Assembly: GCF_006345805.1 (NCBI RefSeq)
Contig: NC_043007.1
Location: forward strand, 39,432,001 to 39,496,000
Source: Octopus sinensis
Taxonomy: Eukaryota
Length of the DNA stretch: 64,000 bases
Direction of reading: 5' to 3'
The notes below the pieces were generated by a model. That model saw only the letters and a program-made list of their open reading frames with translations, did not search any database and was not told the DNA's origin. Both the position numbers and the translations under genes were made by a program. Positions 1 through 10,188 of the stretch are shown one piece after another (positions within the stretch are counted from its first letter, which is position 1; the number at the start of each line of letters is the position of its first letter).

Positions 1-65
1 TTTTAGGCTTTGTGCCTATGCCTATAGTTGGCAGGATTACTACTACTACTACTACTACTACTATT

Positions 66-230
66 GTTAAAGTGGTGAGCTGGTATATTTGTTGGCATAT
101 CAGATGATATGCTTAGTGTCATTACATTTGGCTCTTTACATCATAAGCTGAAATCTTACCAAGGTCAAATCTGCGTTTCATCTTTTCAGGGTCAACAAAA
201 TAAATTATGAATTGAGTCCCGGAAATAGTG
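66..230 (+). mobile_element. SINE family B, heavily decayed copy
   Basis: Degenerate match to the in-window family B head (gtggtgagctgg...gcttag) and body (aaggtc...tttcatcttttcagggtcaacaaaat); CpGs lost. Confidence 0.55.
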
Positions 231-316
231 TAACTGACTTGCCCCCCTTCCCTCAAAATTGCTGGCTTTTTGTTAAAATTTGAAAGAGTTATTATTATTG
301 TTATTATTATTATTAT

Positions 317-615
317 TAGGCGAGCTGGCAGAATCGTTAGCACACTGGGCGAAATGCTTAGAACGTAACGGCAGACGAAATACCTATTTCTTTACTACCC
401 ACAAGGGGCTTAACACAGAGAGGACAAACAAGGACAGACAAACGGATTAAGTCGATTATATCGACCCCAGTGCGTAATTGGTGCTTAATTTATCGACCCC
501 GAAAGGATGAAAGGCAAAGTCGACCTCGGCTGAATTTGAACTCAGAACGTAACGGCAGACGAAATACGGCTACGTATTTCGTCCGGCGTGCTAACGTTTC
601 TGCCATCTCGATGCC
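317..615 (-). mobile_element. SINE family B copy (minus) abutting an inverted plus-strand head fragment
   Basis: 362-615 is the reverse complement of family B: head, body, tail and ~24 nt of a second unit. 317-361 is a plus-strand head (ggcgagctggcagaatcgttagc...gcttag). Confidence 0.85.
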
Positions 616-619
616 TTCA

Positions 620-805
620 GTATGACACAGAATGTTACAGCACTGACCCTTTGAAATACAGGTACTACTCATTTTTTGCCAGCTGAGTGGACTGGAGCAA
701 CGTGAAGTGAAGTGTCTTGCTCAAGGATATTATGTCCCTACTCCTCCCCGAGAATCTCGATTTTATGGTCGTGAGCTGAATGCCTTAACCACTAAATCAC
801 GTGCC
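620..805 (-). mobile_element. SINE family C-related copy (tRNA-derived head)
   Basis: Reverse complement has an A-box-like tagtggttaagg, then ccttgagcaagacacttcacttcacgttgctccagtccact, matching the copy at 32642. Confidence 0.7.
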
Positions 806-849
806 TTCTCATCAAAGATCTTTTCTACTATAGGTACAAGGCCTGAAAG

Positions 850-925
850 TATTTTGGGGAAAGGGCTAGTCGATTAGATCTGGTACTTTGTTTATCGACC
901 CCGAATGATGAAAGGCAACGTCAAC
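850..925 (-). mobile_element. SINE family B fragment with subfamily-2 tail
   Basis: ttttctactataggtacaaggcctgaaa...ttatcgaccccgaatgatgaaaggcaacgtcaac; the match begins near 820. Confidence 0.65.
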
Positions 926-1440
926 AACAGCATTATTATCATGACCACCACCACCACCACCAGCAGCAACAACAACAACAATGGCAACTACAATAACAAC
1001 AATAAGCAACAACAGCAATTACAACAACAAAGACAGTAGCAGTAGCGATGACTAGAACATCAACAATAGGCGTAAGAGTGGCTGTGTGGTATGTAGCTTG
1101 CTTATCAACCACATGGTTCCGAGTTCAGTCCCACCGTGTGGCACATTGGGCAAGTGTCTTCTGCTATAGCCTCGGGCCGACCAAAGCTTTGTGAGTGAAT
1201 TTAGTAGACGGAGACTGAAAGAAGCCCGTCGTATATATGTATGTAATGTGACCGCGTGTGTACCGTTGGCGATTTTTTTCCCCTTCGTCTTCCCTTCTCT
1301 GGATCTTTCCTTTTCCTATGTTTCCTTTTCCTCTGGATCTTTCCTTTTCCTATGTTCCTTCCTGAGTGTCCAATAATACTATATTTGTTCCACGTCCTCG
1401 CGTTGTTGTGTTTTCTCTTTGTGTTTTCATGTTTGGATTA

Positions 1441-1486
<46 letters not shown>

Positions 1487-1487
<1 letters not shown>

Positions 1488-1690
1488 TTTATTTTAAGCA
1501 GCAGAAAATTCAACAAAATCTGTTACTCTGAGTAGCAAAAAAAGTCTGATGAACGGCAACGAGAAACTCAGAGTAACAGATTTTGTTGAATTTTCTGCTG
1601 CTTAAAATAAAGCATATTACTCTACCACTGGTATTTGAGTACTCTTTTTTCCACCTTGTTTCACATTTATGTGTTTACTCCGGTATATAT
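1487..1690 (+). mobile_element. Penelope-like terminal fragment with inverted partial duplication and HHR-like motif
   Basis: Perfect inverted arms 1487-1533 / 1566-1612; CTGATGA-ACGGCAACGA-GAAA-CTCAGAG-TA-ACAG at 1546-1579; related decayed copy at 47751-47790. Confidence 0.65.
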
Positions 1691-1757
1691 ATTATATATA
1701 TATATATATATATAGCAATAATAATTCTCTAAACGAGATATAGACAGTAACTGCTCC

Positions 1758-1844
1758 ATAACAAAAGGGACATTAGCCATTTGAATGTGGCTAGGGACAG
1801 GGCAGGTCCCTAGCCACATTCAAATGGCTAATGTCCCTTTTGTT

Positions 1845-1846
<2 letters not shown>
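1758..1846. repeat. Perfect fold-back, 41-bp arms, 7-nt loop
   Basis: ataacaaaagggacattagccatttgaatgtggctagggac|agggcag|exact reverse complement. Confidence 0.95.
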
Positions 1847-1889
<43 letters not shown>

Positions 1890-2289
1890 GTGTGTGTGTG
1901 TGTGTGTGTGTGGTGTACCTGTGTGTATGTCTGTGTGTGTGTGTGTGAGTGTACGTGTGCGTATATGTTTGTGTGTCTGTGTTTCTCCCCCCCCCCAAAA
2001 AAAAACATAGCTTGACAACCCGTAACTTAGCGGTTCGGCAAAAACAATCGATAGAATAAGTACTAGGCTTACAAAGAATAAGTCATGGGGTCGATTTGCT
2101 CGACTATAAAGGCCGGTGCTCTAGCATGGCCACAGTCAAATGACTGAAACAAGTAAAAGAGAACAGCAACAACAAAAACAATAGCAATGACAACAACAAT
2201 TAATCTATTTTCTTTTTTGCTAGAAAGCAGTAAAAAACACACAAAAAAAGGTAGTGTCAAGATTATATCACGTTACTGCCATTACCAGC

Positions 2290-2517
2290 CATATGCAATA
2301 TGCTCATCATGATGATGGTGTCGATGATGATGATGATGATGATGACGACGACGATCGTTATTATCTTCATTATTGGTGACATAATCAGCATCATGATCAT
2401 CATCATCATCAACATCATCATCACTCTTTTTTTATCATGGCAATCTTCTTCCTCCTCCTCCTGCTCATACTCCTCTTTCCTCTCCTCGTCATCATCACTG
2501 ATACCCGTTCCCATCAC

Positions 2518-2553
<36 letters not shown>

Positions 2554-2900
2554 TACCATTACCATAAACACTACCACCACCACCACCACCACCATCTTCG
2601 TCATTACCATCGTCATCATCATCATCATCATCAAGCCTCGCGCCGGCACTAGTCCAGCCATCAGCACCACCACCACCATCAATCACCGTTATTCGTTATC
2701 ATCATCCTCATCATAACTACCACAGCTATAAATATTATCAACTGCCGTAGCCAAAAACCTACTCCGCCGCCGCCACCACCACCCCACCACCACCACATCA
2801 ACAACTACAACAATAAACTGCCAACACTATCAATGCCAGCAGTGCCATTATCACTACCACAATATCAACCACCACCATCATCTACCACCACCACTGCCAC
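2290..2900. repeat. Mixed trinucleotide microsatellite field (ATC/ACC/GAT)n
   Basis: Direct inspection. Confidence 0.95.
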
Positions 2901-3119
2901 CACTGCCGCCGCCAGAACAAATCTGAACCTGACAGTACAAAAGAAAGAAAGTGCCTAGATAATCTTATCCTCTTAAAAATTGTTAATCTTTCAATGGTTA
3001 TTGATCTGCTGTTTAGGAACAGACACATTAAAACAAACACACTGAACTCCCCGACCACGTTCCACCACCATACCACTCACACACACACTCACATATACTT
3101 ATGCATGTGCATATATATA

Positions 3120-3290
3120 TAACGGGAAGCTTTATGAAAATAAACAAAAGACGAAGGCAGGTGGAAAACAAACGAACAATTGTATTAGTATGGCGCTCAG
3201 GAAATATAAATAAAACAAGTCTTTAACGTTTCGAGCCTACGCTCTTCAACAGAAAGATACACAGAGAAAAAACACAGAAAGAAGGAGAGA
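3120..3290 (-). mobile_element. Short repeat family with variant hammerhead-like motif (copy 1)
   Basis: Reverse complement aligns with 46695-46810 (ttctgtWgaagagcgtaggctcgaaacgttaaagac...gagcg..atactaataca...ccacctg.cttcgtcttt). Confidence 0.75.
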
Positions 3291-3435
3291 AAAAAAAGGA
3301 GAGAAAAAAAATGCGTGCAGTAGCTAACGAATCAACATGGCGATCTGGCATCTATATATATATATATATGGCATATATATATGGCATATATGGCATATAT
3401 ACAACAACATGGCATATATATATATATATGTGTGT

Positions 3436-3475
<40 letters not shown>

Positions 3476-3571
3476 GTACATATATATGTATAAATATATA
3501 TATATATATGTACATATATATGTATAAATATATATATATATATGTACATATATATGTATAAATATATATAT

Positions 3572-4048
3572 ATACTGACAGGACACAGAAAGTGTGTCTA
3601 TGGCCAGCTGGAGGAGTGTGTCCTCCTGGGGCTAAAAACTACAGTAGCATCCACCCTTAGGGGTTAGCCATATTGAAATGGCAAAAATACGTCACGTTGT
3701 GTTACCGCTACTGTATATAACTCACATTGATATTTATCATTGTTTGATTTCACTTTTTCAACATCAGCGACAGTGGACGCTGGAAAGTATAAGTATTTGT
3801 GAAGGAAATCTAATTCTCGGCGACAACTATGATTGTCACACGCTGACGAGAGGTCAATACCTCGAAACTCGAGTCCGTGTGTATCATAAGTTGAAGACGG
3901 GAAGGATGACTTCCCTTTGCAAATACTGACAGGACACAGAAAGTGTGTCTATGGCCAGCTGGAGGAGTGTGTCCTCCTGGGGCTAAAAACTACAGTAGCA
4001 TCCACCCTTAGGGGTTAGCCATATTGAAATGGCAAAAATACGTCACGT

Positions 4049-4049
<1 letters not shown>
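3572..4049 (+). mobile_element. Retrozyme-like / Penelope pLTR-like element: 127-bp direct repeats, 351-bp period, central HHR
   Basis: 3572-3698 is identical to 3923-4049; (TA)n on both sides; canonical HHR in the unique part. Confidence 0.75.
3837..3881 (+). ncRNA. Type I minimal hammerhead ribozyme, canonical
   Basis: Stem I CACACG/CGTGTG, core CTGACGA, stem II GAGG-TCAATA-CCTC, GAAA, palindromic stem III CTCGAG, GUC triplet; predicted cleavage after 3875. Confidence 0.9.
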
Positions 4050-4079
<30 letters not shown>

Positions 4080-4134
4080 TATATATATACACCATATATA
4101 TAATATAATATATATATATATACACATATATATT

Positions 4135-4502
4135 TATTCTTTTTTATTGTTTCAGTCATTTGACTGTGGCCATGCTGGAGCATCGCCTTTAGTCGAGCAA
4201 ATTCTTTGTAAGCCTACTACATATTCTATGGGTCTCTTTTGCCGAACTGCTAAGTGACGGGGACGTAAACACACCAGCATCGGTTGTCAAGCGATGTTGG
4301 GGGGGAGCAAACAGAGACACACAAACACACACATACACACACACATATACGACGGGCTTCTTTCAGTTTACGTCTACCAAATCCACTCACAAGACTTTGG
4401 TCGGCCCGATGCTCTAGTAGAAGATACTAGCCCAAGGTGCCACGCAGTGGGACTGAACCCGGAACCATGTGGTTGGTAAGCAAGCTACTTACCACACAGC
4501 CA
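4135..4502 (-). mobile_element. SINE family A, near full length
   Basis: Reverse complement of the family A sequence including internal (CA)n. Confidence 0.9.
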
Positions 4503-4754
4503 ACAAAAGGGGAAAATATCAGTTGTCACTAATTGTGAATGAAGGTGCAGGATAGCACTTACATTGCTAGAAACAAGAGTAGGTGCTACCCTCACCATCA
4601 TTCTCTATTAGTGGCAATTGAAGTTTTCCAATTTGGTTTTATATTGCATCTAGCACCTTCGTTATTTTATTACACACACACACACCTCTTGAAATAGCTG
4701 CTGGTCTTCTCTCAGGCTTCCACAGTTGATTTACTGATATCATATAAGCCTTTC

Positions 4755-4965
4755 TATTATTGGCACAAGACCTGAAATTTAGAGGTGGGGGGGGGGAATT
4801 AGTTGATTATATCGATCCAGCGTTTCACTGGTATTTAATTTATCGACTCCGACAAGATTAAAGGCACAGTCGACCTCGGCGGAATTTGAACTCAGAACGT
4901 AGCGACAGACGAGATACTGCTAAACATTTCGTCCGGTGTGCTAACGATTCTGCCAGCTCGCCTCC
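4755..4965 (-). mobile_element. SINE family B, subfamily-2 tail
   Basis: ctttctattattggcacaagacctgaaattt...gtcgacctcggcggaatttgaactcagaacgtagcg...ttctgccagctcgcct. Confidence 0.85.
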
Positions 4966-4989
4966 TTATTACTGATATCATATAATAAA

Positions 4990-5400
4990 GTACCACGGAG
5001 CTCTGGGACGAAATGATATGCTGGTATATTCTAAGCCTGGAAGTGGCCAGACAACATAGTCATCAACCTTGGTAAATCAGGCTTCAGAATCCCCCAATAG
5101 TTTTCTAGTTATCAACTCTTCCTTCAGGCTGCAATCAAAGACTTTCTAAGAGTTCTTGAGTGACAATTCTAATAATAATTTTCATGGTAGCTTTGGAGGA
5201 AGAAAAGTGGAAATTTTTCAAACATTTTCCATCACTTTGATGAGCTTCTCAAGTCCTTGTAACATCCTCCTGCAATTAGCAACTGATGGTAGTGTTACAA
5301 TTAGATCGTTCATGAAAGCTCTTATTAATGGTAGTAGTATTCTTGTCTTTGTTTGAAGTTTTTCATTTGGCTCTTCATTTGGCTCTCTACGTTCGCCGGG
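4990..5400 (-). pseudogene. Decayed RT of an RLE-clade (HERO/NeSL/R2-like) non-LTR retrotransposon
   Basis: Minus ORF 5218-5472 has PLIRAFMNDLIVTLPSVANCRRMLQGLEKLI, resembling the motif AFMDDLTV...RW.LQGLE.LI. A downstream frame gives KVFDCSLKE. Stops and an internal deletion are present. Confidence 0.65.
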
Positions 5401-5700
5401 TTGACCACCATGTTTATGGCGAAGATTAAAAAAAAAATGGTGCTCATCTAAGCCACTCATAAGTTCCTTCATATTGTAGTTCCTTCATATTGTAGTCCAC
5501 ACATACTGTGTGTGTGTGTGCGCGTGTGTGTGTATTGTTGACACATATACAATTGTATAAATATTTGCAATTTATCACAGAGTCTGTGGTTAACCTACGA
5601 TGAAATGTTCTGAAATGTAGTGTCCGTTATGTTATAATACACACACACACACACACACACGCAGAAACACACATTTATTTATTTATTCATATATATTATA

Positions 5701-6125
5701 GGCATAGGAGTGGCTGTGTGGTAAGTAGCTTGCTTACCAACCACATGGTTCCTAGTGGCTTTTTGTCACTGGCACCACCAAAAGTGAACAACAGACTGCG
5801 TGGCAACTTGGGCAAGTGTCTTTCTACTATACCCTTGGGTCGACCAAAGCCTTGTGAGTGGATTTGGTAGACAGAAACTGAAAGAAGCCCGTCATATATA
5901 TGTATATGTGTGTTTTATGTGTCTGTGTTTGTCCCCCCAACATCGCTTGACAACCGATGCTGGTGTGTTTACGTCCCCGTAACTTAGTGGTTCGGCAAAA
6001 GAGAACGATAGAATAAGTTCTAGGCTAACAAAGAATAAGTCATGGGGTCGATTTGTTCGACTAAAGGCGGTGCTCCAGCATGACCACAGTCAAATGACTG
6101 AAACAAGTAAAAGAAATAAAAGAAA
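5701..6125 (+). mobile_element. SINE family A, full length
   Basis: ggcataggagtggctgtgtggtaag...ggcggtgctccagcatgaccacagtcaaatgactgaaacaagtaaaag. Confidence 0.9.
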
Positions 6126-6287
6126 ATTAAAGAATACACCCCCCAACATATATATATATTCATGTGCATATTCATTTACATATGTGTCACAGATGATGTA
6201 GTGTCGCTTATATAACTAACACAGTTAATGAAACACCTGTCAACTATCGAATAAAGATCTGTTCTTTCATTTCTCATATGTGCTAAA

Positions 6288-6357
<70 letters not shown>

Positions 6358-6507
6358 TGACGATTTATATAGCTAAACAAAGTATATATTTTTATGAGCT
6401 ACTAATAGTTTCATGTAGTGAAAACGACTCAAACAGCATTTTATAACACGTCTGGTGCTTTCAAGCAATCCTTAGGCCAGAGTCTGAAGACTGGAGATTA
6501 TAAAGAG

Positions 6508-7089
6508 GGCGGCGAGCTGGCAGAATAGTTAGCACGCCGGGCGATATGCTTAGCGGTATTTCGTCTGCCGTTACGTTCTGAGTTCAAATTCCCCCGAGGT
6601 CGACTTTACCTTTCATCCTTTCGGGGTCGATAAATTAAGTACCAGTTACGCACTGGGGTCGATATAATCGACTTAATCCGTTTGTCTGTCTTGTTTGTCC
6701 TCTCTGTGTTTTAGACCCTTGTGGGTAGTAAAAGAAATAGGTATTTCACCCGTCGCTACGTTCTGAGTTCAAATTCCGCCGAGGTCGACTTTACCTTTCA
6801 TCCTTTCGGGGTCGATAAATTAAGTACCAGTTACGCACTGGGGTCGATATAATCGACTTAATCCGTTTGTCTGTTCTTGTTTGTCCTCTCTGTGTTTAGA
6901 CCCTTGTGGGTAGTAAAAGAAATAGGTATTTCACCCGTCGCTACGTTCTGAGTTCAAATTCCGCCGAGTCGACTTTACCTTTCATCCTTTCGGGGTCGAT
7001 AAATTAAGTACCAGTTGAGTACTGGGGTCGATATAATCGACTATCCCCCTCCCCCAAATTTCAGGCCTTGTGCCTATTATAGAAAAGAT
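6508..7089 (+). mobile_element. SINE family B trimer (one head, three units at 185-bp spacing)
   Basis: Unit starts GGTATTTC at 6555, 6740 and 6925; flanked by tggagattataaaga (6492-6506) and tggagatcataaaaa (7090-7104). Confidence 0.9.
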
Positions 7090-7195
7090 TGGAGATCATA
7101 AAAATATATAGTATGTTTATTAAACAATATTTATGTCCCACCAGATGGAGTACTTCTTTTGTTGATCTTACCATCACGGAGCAACACATTATATA

Positions 7196-8052
7196 CAAGG
7201 TGCGGTGAATAAACTGTCGTCTAAATTATGCAAATAAGAAAATAACATTGACATCTCATTTTAACAGATATATTTACCAAAACTACATAAAAGAATCTTG
7301 AAGGAGTAAAGTAATTCAATAAAATTGTCTTTGGCTTCAACCACGGTCTCCGAACGACTTCGGAATCTCCTGCAACTTCCCTGGACGGTCTCCTTGTTTA
7401 ATTTGGGGAATGCTGCTATAATCCTTGCTTTCACTTCATCTTTGGTGTTATAAGGAGTTTCGTTGGTCTCTCGCTCAACTGCGCCCCACATATAATAATC
7501 AAAGGGGTTGCAATCTGGGAAGTTAGATGGCCGGATGTTAGGGATGTTGTGGCCGCAGAAATTGTCTGACAGCCATGACTGGGTTCTCCTGCTTGTGTGG
7601 CATGGTGCATAGTTCTGTTGTCGGGCATAGCGTCTTCCAGCACCCACCCTCTTGACCCAGGCAGCATTACCTCCTCCAGGCACTTGATGTAAGCCTCCAT
7701 GTTGAGTTTGAGGCCATGTGGGAAGATGAATGGAGGCATAACGTCGCCATCACTAGTGATCACTCTAAACACCATGATGTTAACTGAATGTTTGATTTTT
7801 ATCACTCTCGGTACATGTTCTCAGATTGACACCCAAACACTCTGAAATGTTCATATTGGAGTTTCCGGAGCGAATGCCAATCAGTACAGCATGTCGTTTC
7901 CAAATTTCTGGCAGAGTGAGTTGCGTGATGGTGCTGTTTTTCTCGGACAGTACCCAACCGTCCCTACCATACTGTGTAGTCGACAAAATCAAAAACAAAC
8001 AATGCGCATGCGCAAAATTAAATATATAAAGTGGCGACAATTTACACATCGC

Positions 8053-8058
<6 letters not shown>
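7196..8058 (-). mobile_element. Internally deleted Tc1/mariner element (maT/DD37D-like), transposase pseudogene
   Basis: Imperfect TIRs caaggtgcggtgaataaactgtcgtc (7196-7221) and gcgacaatttacacatcgcacccta (8034-8058), TA on both sides. Frameshifted peptides VMVFRVITSDGDVMPPFIF, QQNYAPCHTS and PSNFPDCNPFDYYMWG, plus an N-terminal HTH-like LPEIWKRHAVLIGIRSG. Confidence 0.85.
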
Positions 8059-8114
<56 letters not shown>

Positions 8115-8120
8115 ATTTAT

Positions 8121-8450
8121 TATATAGAAGGAGCTTCTACAGGACTAGAACTGTTTCATTCAAAAGAAATCATCAGGAAGCTAGTAGACAAGAGTTGTTT
8201 TGGCATTTATACATTTAGGCAGGTTTAAATGGGTGGTGGTGGGGGACTTTGTATATGCATGTGTATATGTGTGTATGTATATATATGTGCGAGTGTGTAT
8301 ACATATATGTATATATATGTATGTATATGTGTATTTGTGTGTATGTACATGGGTATGTGTATATATATGTATATATATGTATATATATATGTATATGTAT
8401 GTATGTGTATATATATGTATGTATATATATAGATATATGTGAATATGTGG

Positions 8451-8485
<35 letters not shown>

Positions 8486-8764
8486 GATGTACAAGTGAGA
8501 GTCTCCTTACTTACCTAAAACTCTATTTTTCTATTTATTCTTTTATTCTTTTATTTATTCTTTTATCTACTTTACCACCGATTCCTTTGACCACTCCCCT
8601 AATAATGACAGTTTTGCGCCATGCCTACCCCGAAAAAAGTCCCCCACCACCACCCATTTAAACCTGCCTAAATGTATAATGCCAAACAACTCTTGTCTAC
8701 TAGCTTCCTGATGATTTCTTTTGAATGAAACAGTTCTAGTCCTGTAGAAGCTCCTTCTATATAT
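8121..8764. repeat. ~130-bp inverted repeat pair carrying an HHR-like motif
   Basis: 8121-8250 is the reverse complement of 8636-8764 apart from two 1-nt indels; CTGATGA..GAAA..GTC at 8708-8741. Confidence 0.9.
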
Positions 8765-8848
8765 AAATTAATTTACTCTGCTATGTATTGAGTACCTTAT
8801 TTACTGTGGTTAACCCCGACTCAACCCGGGACCTATATATTATATATA

Positions 8849-8900
<52 letters not shown>

Positions 8901-9161
8901 TATTATATATAATATTATACACCCACACACACAACACATGTACACGCAAAAGAGAGGCAATGGAGGAAAAATAATGTGTGTAGGTGTGTGTATATATATA
9001 GATGTGTTGTAATACAACATACATACACACATACATACATACATACTACATACATACATACATACATACATAACACGCGTACATAATTACACACGCATAA
9101 ACATTAAAGAAAAGGTGGAAGGAAAGAATGAAGGGGAAAAAATATTTGAGAGGTCACACAC

Positions 9162-9242
<81 letters not shown>

Positions 9243-9520
9243 GTTTAATGTGTGTATGTGTACATGTATGTGTATTTGTGTGCGTGAAACAATAAGCGAT
9301 GGAAGCGATTGAGTTAAGAACTGTTAACGACAATATGATTAATGTAAATGGATGAGAAGTCATATCGCCAGTTGTTTCTGCCTAATTTAATTATGACAAC
9401 AATGCCGATCATCATCATCATCATCATTATCATGGTTGTGAAGAAGTGTGCAGTGAGCGAGTTATAAAGAGACTGAACTTAGCTGCTTATAAAGCAATTG
9501 TATTTCTAAAGCAAGTGTAT

Positions 9521-9716
9521 AGGCGCAGGCGTGGCCGCGTAGTAAGAAACTTTCTTCCCAACCACATGGTTCCGGGTTCAGTCCCACTGCGTGGCACCCT
9601 GGGCAAGTAACTTTTACTATATAGCCTCGGGTCAATCAAAGCCTGTGAATGGATTGGTAGACGGAAACTGAAAGAAGCCTGTCGTATATGTATGTGTATA
9701 TATATATATATATATT

Positions 9717-9760
<44 letters not shown>

Positions 9761-10188
9761 AAAAAATACAAACTGGGACAAGAACGCAAAACATTTAGAA
9801 GACGATACAAAATCACGGACGGGACATTCGAAGCCTCAATCTTCAGTCAAGACCCGGATCATCCTCGCAATTTCGGCTGATTAATCTTGAGATTGCTCCG
9901 ATCCGGCCAGCCCCATGGAAAAACTATATATATATATATTATATATATATATATAATATGTGTTTGTGTGTGTGTGTGTGTATGTATGTTTGTGTGTTTG
10001 TGTTTGTCCTACCATCGCTTGACAACCGGTGTTGGTATGCTTATTTCTCCGTAATCTATCGATCCGGCAAAAGAGACCGATAGAATAAGAACTAGGCTTA
10101 TAAAGAATAAGTCCTGGGGATAATTAGTTCGACTAAAGGCGGTGCTCCAGCATGGCCGCAGTCAAATGACTGAAACCAGTAAAAGATA
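9521..10188 (+). mobile_element. SINE family A split by an insertion in its internal microsatellite
   Basis: 5' half 9521-9690, 3' half ~9960-10188. Confidence 0.85.
9760..9925 (-). mobile_element. Short (TA)n-embedded repeat family, probable Penelope-like end (copy 1)
   Basis: Reverse complement shares ttaatcagcc.aaattgcga.gat.atc.gg and gttttgcgttcttgtcc with 40120-40290. Confidence 0.55.

Larger units (their letters stand above)
1069..2160 (+). mobile_element. SINE family A (tRNA head, CORE-like domain, internal microsatellite), split by insertions
   Basis: 5' half at 1069-1238 and 3' half at ~1965-2160 both match intact copies at 5701, 19875 and 21494; ~700 bp of other elements lie between them. 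Confidence 0.85.

Noticed and set aside
6555-7089. CRISPR-like array, also considered for 49458-50190 and 17391-17508
   Set aside because: Units are contiguous near-identical repeats with no unique spacers; eukaryotic context, no cas genes.
9818-9850. Hammerhead in the 9760/40120 family (CTGA(A/G)GA...GAAT)
   Set aside because: GAAT instead of GAAA, weak stem II and no complementary stem I.
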